Below are positions 1 to 8,094 of a stretch of DNA of 64,000 nucleotides, piece by piece. The stretch is taken from positions 11,853 through 75,852 of the forward strand of contig JAZRGK010000025.1 in assembly GCA_045644145.1 (NCBI GenBank), in the 5' to 3' direction. The stretch's first letter is position 1; each line of letters begins with the position of its first letter. Made by a program: the position numbers and the translations under genes. The notes beneath the pieces were generated by a model. That model worked only from the letters and a program-made list of their open reading frames with translations. It was not told the origin of the DNA and ran no database searches. The DNA comes from Candidatus Flemingiibacterium sp. (GTDB taxonomy: Bacteria > Bacillota > Clostridia > Oscillospirales > CAG-272).

Positions 1-1153
1 CAATATTGCCCTCAACATGCTCAAGTTCAATAGCATCCGGCTCATCTACCACATCCGGGGCTATATCGAAAATAGTAAAAATCTTCTCAGCCGACGCAAA
101 TGCGGACTGAAGCCAGTTGAATTGCTCCGCGAGATTCTGTATGGGATTGAAAAACGTGGATATGTACATATAGAACGTTACCAGCGTTCCGCTTGTAATA
201 GTCTGACCGAGGAAATTAACGTCCCTTATATATCCCCGCCCCCCGAGGAACAAAAGGCACAATACAGATGAGATATACAGCATGTACACAAAGGGTCTGA
301 ATATTCCGAACACAAATATTTGCTGACGCTTTGCCTTGCCGAGAGCGATGTTCTTTTCGTCAAACTCCTCTTTTTTGCGTTCCTCACGGTTAAATATTTG
401 TATTATCTTCATTCCCGAGAGATTTTCTGAAAGGAACGTATTTATATCGGTAGTCGCATCCTTTACACGTCTGTAGGCACGGCGTGAGAATTTTCTGAAT
501 ATAACCGTAAACAGCACAATAAACGGTACAAAGCAAAGCACCATAAGCGTAAGCTGATAGTTAAGGCACATCATAGCTACAAGCACGCCAATGATGATAA
601 AGCAGTTTTTCACTAAATTCACTATAATGTTAGTGAACATCATGGAAATAGCGTTAGTATCGTTTGTGACACGAGTAACAAGTTTACCCACGGGCATGGT
701 GTTGAGCTGTGCGTGAGAAAGGCTCTCGATGTGAACAAACAAATCCTCGCGGATGTTGGAGATGATCTTTTGCCCCGTCACCTGCAGGGCTATTGCCTGG
801 ATGTACGTACATACAAGGGAAACCACGATAATTGCGGCATATACGATAACTGCCGCCCAAAGAGGCGCAAGCTCAAAGTCAGCCTTCATCATTTCCTCAA
901 TATTTCCGATGATGAGCGGCGAAATAATATCGTAAGCAATGGAAAACAGCATCACAAGGAGTACAAGCACAAAATTCTTCCAATAGGGCTTTACATAGGC
1001 AAGCAGGCGCTTTGAAATTTCGTAATCCTTCATATGGCGGTCAAATCCGATGGCTTCCTTGCGATCCTTTATAGAGAAGTACGCCACACTGAATATGACA
1101 GACAGCGCGCCAATGACGGCTCCCAATATAAGAAGCGGATAAAACTCTGCCAT
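1..1153 (-). CDS. ABC exporter, fused permease/ATPase subunit (5' part only; gene continues past left edge)
   Basis: The ATG at 1153 lies 2 nt after the stop (1156) of the upstream paralogue. The reverse frame stays open to nt 1. The translation MAEFYPLLILGAVIGALSVIFSVAYF... shows a multi-TM exporter domain and ends entering the NBD (...PDVVDEPDAIELEHVEGNI). It is absent from the ORF track because it is edge-truncated. Confidence 0.85.
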   Translation of the reverse strand, partial: MAEFYPLLILGAVIGALSVIFSVAYFSIKDRKEAIGFDRHMKDYEISKRLLAYVKPYWKNFVLVLLVMLFSIAYDIISPLIIGNIEEMMKADFELAPLWAAVIVYAAIIVVSLVCTYIQAIALQVTGQKIISNIREDLFVHIESLSHAQLNTMPVGKLVTRVTNDTNAISMMFTNIIVNLVKNCFIIIGVLVAMMCLNYQLTLMVLCFVPFIVLFTVIFRKFSRRAYRRVKDATTDINTFLSENLSGMKIIQIFNREERKKEEFDEKNIALGKAKRQQIFVFGIFRPFVYMLYISSVLCLLFLGGRGYIRDVNFLGQTITSGTLVTFYMYISTFFNPIQNLAEQFNWLQSAFASAEKIFTIFDIAPDVVDEPDAIELEHVEGNI

Positions 1154-1155
1154 AT

Positions 1156-2928
1156 TTAGTCCTCCTTCTCCTCGTCAAGCTTTTGAAGCTCTACCATTTC
1201 ACGGTAATCCTCACAGCGCGCACACAGCTCCTCATGTGTGCCCACATCGGTAATATGTCCATCGTCGATAAATATTATCTTGTCCATCTGCTGTATTGTG
1301 GTAACACGGTGGGCAATGAGTATGGTAGTCTTGCCATCTCTCACACGACGCAGGTTATCGAGAATTATCTTTTCGGTCTTAACATCCACCGCAGACACGG
1401 AATCGTCAAGTATAAGTATCGCCGCATCCTTCATAAGAGCGCGCGCTATGGAGATTCGCTGCTTCTGACCGCCGGACACGGTAACGCCCCGTTCGCCGAG
1501 AACGGTCTTGTAGCCGTCCGTAAAGTCGGTAATATTGTCGTGAACATCTGCCATTTTAGCGGCATTTGCAACGTCCGACTTAGCCATATCATCCACAGCA
1601 AAAGCTATATTGTTTTCTATGGTATCGCTGAACAGGAAATTGTCCTGAGGAACATATGCCGCATATTTTCTAACGGTTTGTATTGGAATAGAATTCACAT
1701 CTCTGCCGTCAAGAAAAAGTGTGCCGTCCGCCACATTGTATGTTCGAAGCAGAAGATCCACTACTGTGGTCTTTCCGGAGCCGGTTTTTCCGATGATACC
1801 TACGTTTTCACCTGCGTTTATCTTGAATGAAACGTCGCAGAGCGCATCAACGTCCGCACCGGGATAACGGAATGTAAGATTCTTAAACTCAATCTCGCCG
1901 CGAATGGCATCTCCTTCTAAAAGCCCATCCCTGTCAACTACATCCGGCTTTTTGTCAAGAAGCTCGCTTATGCGTTTAAGGGATGCCTTGCCCTTTGATG
2001 TCATACCGATAAGCTCAGAGATAGCCATTACCGGCCATACGATAGTGGTGAAATATCCAAGGAACTCCACAAGCTGACCTGCGTTGAAAACACCCTTGTA
2101 CACAAGGTATCCGCCGTATCCGAGAATCACGCACACCACAGACTCCACAAAAAGAGTAACACTGATATTAAGAAGCGTAGATGCCTTTGTATAAACCACG
2201 TTTGTGTCCTCATTCTTCTTGTTGAGCTTCTTAAAAGCAAGCAGCTCAACGAACTCTTTAACAAACGCTTTTATAACCGAAATTCCCGAAAAGCTCTCCT
2301 GCGAAAAATCTGACAGCGAAGAAAATGCTTCCTGACGTTCTTCCCACTTATCCATCATATATTTGCCAACTATAGTTCCCACAACCAAAAGCAGTGCCAT
2401 GGGGATCAGCGCAAACAGAGTAAGAAGCATGTTCATTCTCGCCATTTTGAAGATCGCCAAAACGCCAAGAAAAAGCGCATCCACAAGCATCATAACCCCC
2501 CAACCGAAGCTATCCTGAACAGTTTCGAGGTCGTTTGTAAAGAGGGACATCAGATTTCCAACTTTATTCTCATGGTAATACTGCTGAGATAAGTCCTTGC
2601 AGTGGTCAAACATTTTACCGCGAAGGTCGGTTTCCACTCTTAAGCCTGCACCGAGAAAGCATATACGCCACAAAAAACGACCTATTACCATTGCTAAAAT
2701 TATACCGAGTAAGGGTAAACAAATATGATCTAACAGGAAGTCCATATCGAACGCCACTGTGGTGTTGTTATAGCTTACACTTCCTGTATTCAGACCGTTT
2801 ACCACCATACGATAAAGCTCAGGAATAATAAGCTGAAAATAATCGACCACAACGAGGGCAATAATTCCGAGAAGCAGTGACGGTGCATATTTTAAGTAAT
2901 ATCTATTTATGTATTTACCGAATATCAA
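1156..2928 (-). CDS. ABC exporter, fused permease/ATPase subunit (heterodimer partner of the downstream gene)
   Basis: 590-aa ORF with a TTG start at 2928. It has an N-terminal TM domain, Walker A GKTGSGKTT, ABC signature VSGGQKQRISIARAL and Walker B ILILDD. Confidence 0.92.
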   Translation of the reverse strand: MIFGKYINRYYLKYAPSLLLGIIALVVVDYFQLIIPELYRMVVNGLNTGSVSYNNTTVAFDMDFLLDHICLPLLGIILAMVIGRFLWRICFLGAGLRVETDLRGKMFDHCKDLSQQYYHENKVGNLMSLFTNDLETVQDSFGWGVMMLVDALFLGVLAIFKMARMNMLLTLFALIPMALLLVVGTIVGKYMMDKWEERQEAFSSLSDFSQESFSGISVIKAFVKEFVELLAFKKLNKKNEDTNVVYTKASTLLNISVTLFVESVVCVILGYGGYLVYKGVFNAGQLVEFLGYFTTIVWPVMAISELIGMTSKGKASLKRISELLDKKPDVVDRDGLLEGDAIRGEIEFKNLTFRYPGADVDALCDVSFKINAGENVGIIGKTGSGKTTVVDLLLRTYNVADGTLFLDGRDVNSIPIQTVRKYAAYVPQDNFLFSDTIENNIAFAVDDMAKSDVANAAKMADVHDNITDFTDGYKTVLGERGVTVSGGQKQRISIARALMKDAAILILDDSVSAVDVKTEKIILDNLRRVRDGKTTILIAHRVTTIQQMDKIIFIDDGHITDVGTHEELCARCEDYREMVELQKLDEEKED

Positions 2929-2978
2929 TTTATCTCACATCCTTTTGTGAAAGTGTGCGTATTACAGCATGTTTTATC

Positions 2979-3007
2979 AGTATAACATATTTTCCCTAAA
3001 AAATCAA
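2979..3007 (-). promoter_or_regulatory. sigma-A type promoter for the ABC exporter pair
   Basis: Reverse strand reads TTGATT-17 nt-TATACT with a TG extension (TGTTATACT), about 50 nt upstream of the start at 2928. Confidence 0.5.
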
Positions 3008-3111
3008 GTAAAATCAAAAAACCGTCCGCTGTGGGAATCCTGCTATAAATAGAGGGAAATGACCGCGTTTTTGTTTACGGCACTTTAAAATTTCAAAGCG
3101 TTCTGCAAAAA

Positions 3112-3150
3112 ATGTCAAAAATCGGTCCAAACATAGACGTTTGGATCGAT
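3112..3150. terminator. hairpin terminator after the aldolase operon (T-runs on both sides)
   Basis: Arms atcggtccaaac (3121-3132) and gtttggatcgat (3139-3150) form a 12-bp stem with one mismatch. The hairpin is flanked by TTTTT on the plus strand and TTTTTG on the minus strand. Confidence 0.6.
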
Positions 3151-3168
3151 TTTTTCTCTCTATTCAGA

Positions 3169-3951
3169 TTAAAGCTCCTTCTTCCACTCGTTAACTTCAC
3201 CCATGATGTTCGTGAAGTAAGCACCGAGTGCGAGAACATCTGCGCCCAGGTTAATAAGGCGGTAACCCATATCGTAAAGCTCACGCATATTGCCTACTCC
3301 GCCAACTGTACCTGCAAGCTTGCCATGGCGTCTTGCAACTTCAGCAACGCGGCGCTTAGCTTCCATCGTCTTTTCGTTAGCGATATTGGTGGGCATGCCG
3401 AGAGAGTGCGAGAAGTCAGCAGGACCGAAGAACAGCATGTCAATGCCGGGCACTGACGCGATCTCCTCAAGCTCCTCATACGCCTCGATATCCTCGATCT
3501 GGATAATGGTGAGTTTCTGCTCGTTGGAATACTTGATGTAATCCTCAGTACCCATAAGGCAGTACATACCATCACCGTTACCACCGTCGATCGGACGACG
3601 TCCGATAGGATGGAACTTGGTGTAGTAAGCTACCTCTTCGGCATCCTTCTTGCTCATAACGTGAGGAACCATGATAGCTGCCGCATCAAGTTCAAGAGCA
3701 CGGGTAAGGTTGGAATATGCGCCTCTGGTAGTGCGAACGATGGTTTCCGCACCGCGCGCCTTTGCAGCATAGAATGCGTTCTTAATTTCCTGATAGTCGG
3801 TAGGAGTATGCTCCATATCAACCCAGATAGCATCAAAGCCTGCATAAGCGGCAAGCTCTGCGATAACTGCATCGGAAATATTAAGCTTCGCGGATACGAC
3901 AAGCTCATCTCGGCGGAGCTTTTCGATCATAGGACTGTTTTTCTGAATCAT
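3169..3951 (-). CDS. HpcH/HpaI-family (class II, pyruvate-forming) aldolase
   Basis: 260-aa ORF with family-typical stretches FDAIWVDMEHTP, IIQIEDIEA and MLFFGPADFSHSLG. It is the last gene of a 5-gene co-directional cluster. Confidence 0.8.
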   Translation of the reverse strand: MIQKNSPMIEKLRRDELVVSAKLNISDAVIAELAAYAGFDAIWVDMEHTPTDYQEIKNAFYAAKARGAETIVRTTRGAYSNLTRALELDAAAIMVPHVMSKKDAEEVAYYTKFHPIGRRPIDGGNGDGMYCLMGTEDYIKYSNEQKLTIIQIEDIEAYEELEEIASVPGIDMLFFGPADFSHSLGMPTNIANEKTMEAKRRVAEVARRHGKLAGTVGGVGNMRELYDMGYRLINLGADVLALGAYFTNIMGEVNEWKKEL

Positions 3952-3989
3952 TTTATGTAATTTCCTTTCAAAAAAATATTAACTGAATT

Positions 3990-4796
3990 TTATTTGCAAG
4001 TGTATCCGCCATCAACGGGGATACTAAGACCTGTTAAATACGCCGATGCATCGGAAGCCAAAAGCAGGATAAGACCCTTTATATCGTCACCGTTTGCAAG
4101 ACGTCCCACCTGCGTATGAAGTGAATACTTCTCCGCAAAAAGGGGATTTGTACGCTCGGACTGAAGTCCGCCGGGGCATACCGCATTTACACGGATACCG
4201 TGTCTGCCGTAATAGCTTGCGGCATGGCGAACCCATGCGGAAAGTCCGGATTTATCTACTGCATACGCATGACCGTATGCGCCCGGAACCATCTGAGGAT
4301 TTCCGTCATAGTTATGCTTTTCAACGCCGATAAGTCCCATCATGGAACCGAACACAACGATAGAGCCGCTCTGCTGCTTTATCATCTGCTGTCCCACAAG
4401 CTGTAAGAGATACATGGATGCCGCAGAGTTTACTTTTACATTCTGCTCAAGTCTTATGGGATCCTCGTCCCAACCGATACCCTCGCCGCCTTGGGGAATA
4501 ATGCGGCTGCAGTGAATGAAAGCATCAATGCTTCCGGCATCGTCTATCACCGTTTTTACGAGATTTTCTATACTCTCAATATTGTCAAGGTCAAATGCCA
4601 CAGCGGTAACCTTAACACCTTTTGTTTCGCGAAGCTCGTCAACAAATGCCTGCGCCGATTCAATGGAGTGGCTTGCAAGGTAAATATTCGCGCCTGCATC
4701 CGCAAGTGCCAGAGTTGCGCCAAGGCCGTACATGGCACGTCCGCCGGTAATGAGGACGTTTTTGCCCTTCATCGAAAGAAGATCGAATGTATTCAT
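3990..4796 (-). CDS. short-chain dehydrogenase/reductase (SDR), catalytically intact
   Basis: The track ORF is 3990-4832. The ATG at 4796 follows a GAGGTGG SD and clears the upstream stop at 4807. Motifs are VLITGGRAMYGLG, catalytic YAVDK and C-terminal IPVDGGYT. Confidence 0.85.
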   Translation of the reverse strand: MNTFDLLSMKGKNVLITGGRAMYGLGATLALADAGANIYLASHSIESAQAFVDELRETKGVKVTAVAFDLDNIESIENLVKTVIDDAGSIDAFIHCSRIIPQGGEGIGWDEDPIRLEQNVKVNSAASMYLLQLVGQQMIKQQSGSIVVFGSMMGLIGVEKHNYDGNPQMVPGAYGHAYAVDKSGLSAWVRHAASYYGRHGIRVNAVCPGGLQSERTNPLFAEKYSLHTQVGRLANGDDIKGLILLLASDASAYLTGLSIPVDGGYTCK

Positions 4797-4806
4797 CTCT
4801 GCCACC

Positions 4807-5571
4807 TCATTTCGCCGTGTATCCGCCGTCAACGGGGAGCGTTACGCCGGTAATGAACTCTGATGCATCGGATGCGAGGAATATAACCGCTCCTGCAATG
4901 TCTTCCGCCTTTGCAAGGCGCTTAGCCTGATTGCGACGTATGTACGCTTCGGCGAACTTCTCCGAGCATGAACCGTCAACGGGAGCAAGTGCCACAGCGT
5001 TGCAACGGCATCCATGCTCTGCAAGATAGTTTGAAGCCTGTCTCGCGTAGTTTACCACGCCGCCGGAAATAAATCCTTTAACAAATGAGAAATCGGAATC
5101 CATCTCATCCGCGCATCCCTCATAGTTAACCGGGTCATATCCCACAAGCGCACCATAGTCAGAAACAAGAATAACGCTTCCGTGTCCTTGCTCGGCAAGA
5201 ATATGTCCGAGGCTCTGAACGGTGAGCATCATGCCGAGATGAGTCCTTGCAAGCTGATCGTGTATTTCGCCGTAGGACTGTGTCCAGCCGGTTTTACCGG
5301 TGTAAAGACCGTTTTCCACAACCACGTCAAGGGTTCCCATCTTCGTGCGTACAGCCGCCTCAAGCTCTTTTGCCGACTCAGCGCTTCCGTGTGTGTACCG
5401 GAAGGTTCCGGCAATCGCCACGCCAAGATCAGCCTCCGCTTCGCCCGCGGTCCATATTTCTGCACCTGCCGCAGAAAGTCCTGCCGCGATCTCACGGCTG
5501 TAGGGGTTCCCGGGGCATACGATAAGCGCCTTTTTACCCGCAAGGGAAAATTTATCAAGAATACCTGTCAT
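4807..5571 (-). CDS. SDR-fold paralogue with degenerate cofactor and catalytic motifs
   Basis: The ATG is at 5571; the track start at 5586 is a TTG overlapping the upstream stop. The SDR C-terminus is present (LASDASEFITGVTLPVDGGYTAK). The Gly-rich motif reads LIVCPGNPYS, and the YxxxK position reads YARQA with no Lys. Confidence 0.75.
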   Translation of the reverse strand: MTGILDKFSLAGKKALIVCPGNPYSREIAAGLSAAGAEIWTAGEAEADLGVAIAGTFRYTHGSAESAKELEAAVRTKMGTLDVVVENGLYTGKTGWTQSYGEIHDQLARTHLGMMLTVQSLGHILAEQGHGSVILVSDYGALVGYDPVNYEGCADEMDSDFSFVKGFISGGVVNYARQASNYLAEHGCRCNAVALAPVDGSCSEKFAEAYIRRNQAKRLAKAEDIAGAVIFLASDASEFITGVTLPVDGGYTAK

Positions 5572-5582
5572 CTTTATGTCCC

Positions 5583-6554
5583 TCAACGTTCCTTTATCTC
5601 ACTAAGGTATACCTTACGGCCGCCCTCTTCGCGGCTCTTAAGACCGGCAATGAGAATCTTCGCCATTTCGATGGTGTCGGAGAAAGGATACTCTTCCTTA
5701 CCGGTGCGCAGATATTCGATAAACATATCAAGCTGCTTCTTGAAAGCATAGAAGGAGTCACCGTCAGAAAGCACGCGGCATCCGAACTGCGCCATAACGG
5801 TCATGCCATTTGAAGCAAAGCCATAACCCATGGGGATACTTACGTCGCATCCGTCCTTGTGGTGAAGCTGAACCATAGCATGATCGTGTGTACCAACATT
5901 CGCAACCCACTCAAAGCCCTGTCCGAGAAGCGGGAACATTCCTTCGATGGCATGCATACCGTAGGTTTCCCAGTACTTAGCCATAGGGCTTACGATATAG
6001 CGGATCTTACCAAGCTCGTAGTGATTTCTGAAGTAAGGCTCGTAGGACTTCATGTATCTGAGCGATGAAGAAGAACGAATATGTGCGCCCTCATCATACC
6101 ACTTCACGATAGTCCTAAGGTCCTCCTCATTATCGGTAAGAGGCTTATCTATAAATATAGGAAGTCCTGCCTCGATAAAGGGGCGGCAGCGCTCAACGTG
6201 CTCTGCACCGATATCGGTTGCACAGATTATAGCGTCAACCTGACCGATCATTTCTTCGGGGCGGTCAACTACATTGGGAATAAAAGTGGCGCGAGCACAG
6301 TTCTCAGCCATTGCGCGATCCTCATATCCTGTAAAGCACACATGTGTAACTTTAACGCCGGGCATACCAAAGGTTTCGGCAGGCTGCTTTCCGAGATAGT
6401 CCGGAATTGTAGGATACAGCTCATGTGTCCACTTGTACATTTCATCCTTGTCGTAGCCGTTGATCATTGCGCTCCATGAAAAAGGATGCGCATTACCCTC
6501 GGTCATACCAAGAATACCAATGCGTATTGGCTTATCTCCAAACGGGAAATTCAT
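5583..6554 (-). CDS. Gfo/Idh/MocA-like oxidoreductase
   Basis: 323-aa ORF with an N-terminal Rossmann-like IRIGILGMTEGNAH and a later IFIDKPLT motif typical of the family. The assignment is by eye only. Confidence 0.65.
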   Translation of the reverse strand: MNFPFGDKPIRIGILGMTEGNAHPFSWSAMINGYDKDEMYKWTHELYPTIPDYLGKQPAETFGMPGVKVTHVCFTGYEDRAMAENCARATFIPNVVDRPEEMIGQVDAIICATDIGAEHVERCRPFIEAGLPIFIDKPLTDNEEDLRTIVKWYDEGAHIRSSSSLRYMKSYEPYFRNHYELGKIRYIVSPMAKYWETYGMHAIEGMFPLLGQGFEWVANVGTHDHAMVQLHHKDGCDVSIPMGYGFASNGMTVMAQFGCRVLSDGDSFYAFKKQLDMFIEYLRTGKEEYPFSDTIEMAKILIAGLKSREEGGRKVYLSEIKER

Positions 6555-6585
6555 AATTATATTCCTCCTAAAATTAAAGTCCTAT

Positions 6586-7521
6586 TTATTTTGCCGGATT
6601 CCAAAGTCCGGGATTAAGTACACGCTTTTCAGTATTTATAAACGCCTCGCGTATCTCGGCGATCTGGTCATCCGTAAACTCGATAGCTTCAGCAAACAGC
6701 GCCGCATTCGCCTTGACCTGTTCTACGGTTTCACAGCCTAAAACAAGGCTTGTTACTTCCTTTAAGCTTGAAGCATAGGATATCGCAAGTGCTGCAGGAG
6801 AAAGGTTGTATTTCTCGCACAGAGCGCGATATTTAACAAGCGTATCACGGCAGAATTCCATATGAGGCTCAAGCGTATCGGGGTTCTTAAACACAAGTCC
6901 CTGCAGGTACACGCTGCGGACGAATATCATCATTCCGGCGTCGTGAAGCTTCTTAAGTCCGCCGTTTTCGATCTGAACCCAGTCGAAAATGTTAAGGGGT
7001 ATCTGAACAGCATCAAAGCCACACTCGGCTATCTTGCCGTAATCGTCATCGGAATACGCTGATGTACCCGAGAAAAGTATATCTCCCGATTCCTTAAGCT
7101 CACGGAATACGGTTTTAATATCCTCCTCGTGTCCCACCGCTTCCTTAAAATGGTGCAGCATGAGCACGGGAATCTGAGCAAGCCCCAAATGCTTCTTGGA
7201 TGTTTCCACTTTTTCGCGGATGCACGCTCTGAGCGCGTCAATGGAAGAAAAATCGAATCCGGAAATCTTGGTAACGATCATGGGATGCTCGGAAGCCGCC
7301 TTTGTAGCAAGCCACTTTCCGATAACCTCCTCAGAGTCACCGTATGCGGCAGCGGTATCAAGCGTATTTATGCCGCACTCCATAGCCGCATCAAGGATAC
7401 TGAACGATGTAGCGAGGTCCGGCTTACCGCCTGTGTTGTTGATTCCATAGTTAAGGCCGAGCTGCACCGTACCAAGGGACAGCGCGGAAATTTCGATTCC
7501 TTTAACGGTCGTTGTTTTCAT
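6586..7521 (-). CDS. aldo/keto reductase
   Basis: The track ORF 6586-7638 runs through the promoter. The ATG at 7521 follows an AAAGGAAAC SD. Motifs are MKTTTVKGIEISALSLGTVQLG and NTLDTAAAYGDSEE. Confidence 0.85.
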   Translation of the reverse strand: MKTTTVKGIEISALSLGTVQLGLNYGINNTGGKPDLATSFSILDAAMECGINTLDTAAAYGDSEEVIGKWLATKAASEHPMIVTKISGFDFSSIDALRACIREKVETSKKHLGLAQIPVLMLHHFKEAVGHEEDIKTVFRELKESGDILFSGTSAYSDDDYGKIAECGFDAVQIPLNIFDWVQIENGGLKKLHDAGMMIFVRSVYLQGLVFKNPDTLEPHMEFCRDTLVKYRALCEKYNLSPAALAISYASSLKEVTSLVLGCETVEQVKANAALFAEAIEFTDDQIAEIREAFINTEKRVLNPGLWNPAK

Positions 7522-7609
7522 TTCACCGTTTCCTTTCGGGTATGTAAATGTATTATGTTTTGTAAGGGGTAAGCGGCATATATTCTCCGAAAAAACACTC
7601 CCCCACACA

Positions 7610-7638
7610 ATTATACACAACAAAAAAATAAAAGTCAA
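7610..7638 (-). promoter_or_regulatory. sigma-A promoter of the AKR-to-aldolase operon
   Basis: Reverse strand reads TTGACT-17 nt-TATAAT with a TG extension, about 90 nt upstream of ATG 7521. Confidence 0.6.
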
Positions 7639-7874
7639 GGGAAACCCATAAAATTACAAGCGATTTATGAATTACGCACAAACAAAATCAAGCAAATAAG
7701 CGTTTTTACATATACTTTACGATTCGCTCTATCCGCGCATCCACAAGGCATGTTAAAAAGAGGATTTTTAACATAAATTTCGATCTTTCTGCATGAATTT
7801 TTCCAAAACACTGTACAAGCGCGGCAAAATGTGGTATACTTTTATTTGTATAAATTTATTGTGAGGTGTTTTTC

Positions 7875-8087
7875 ATGCGATCTATTCCCCAAATAGCTGT
7901 CGGTGACATCATCGAAATGAAAAAGCCGCATCCTTGTTCTGATAAAAGCGTGCATTTTCGCGTACTGCGCGTCGGAAGCGATATCCGTATTGTCTGCGAG
8001 ACATGCGGCCGCGACCTTACAATACCGCGAATCAAGCTTGAAAAAAGCATACGCCGTATAGATCACAAAAACGGCGATAGTAAATAA
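7875..8087 (+). CDS. small conserved protein, DUF951-like
   Basis: The ATG at 7875 follows a GAGGTG SD; the track start at 7866 is GTG. The sequence MRSIPQIAVGDIIEMKKPHPCSDKSVHFRVLRVGSDIRIVCETCGRDLTIPR resembles the DUF951/YyzM family. The family call is from memory. Confidence 0.7.
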   Translation: MRSIPQIAVGDIIEMKKPHPCSDKSVHFRVLRVGSDIRIVCETCGRDLTIPRIKLEKSIRRIDHKNGDSK

Positions 8088-8094
8088 TTCTTTT

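Noticed and set aside
6586-7638. N-terminal extensions in the ORF track: 6586-7638, 39016-39684, 24067-25542, 43393-44178, 17092-17748, 40568-41008, 3990-4832 and 44179-45117.
   Set aside because: The extensions run through promoters or into upstream genes and start at TTG/GTG without an SD. Internal starts with good SD sequences give N-termini typical of the respective families.
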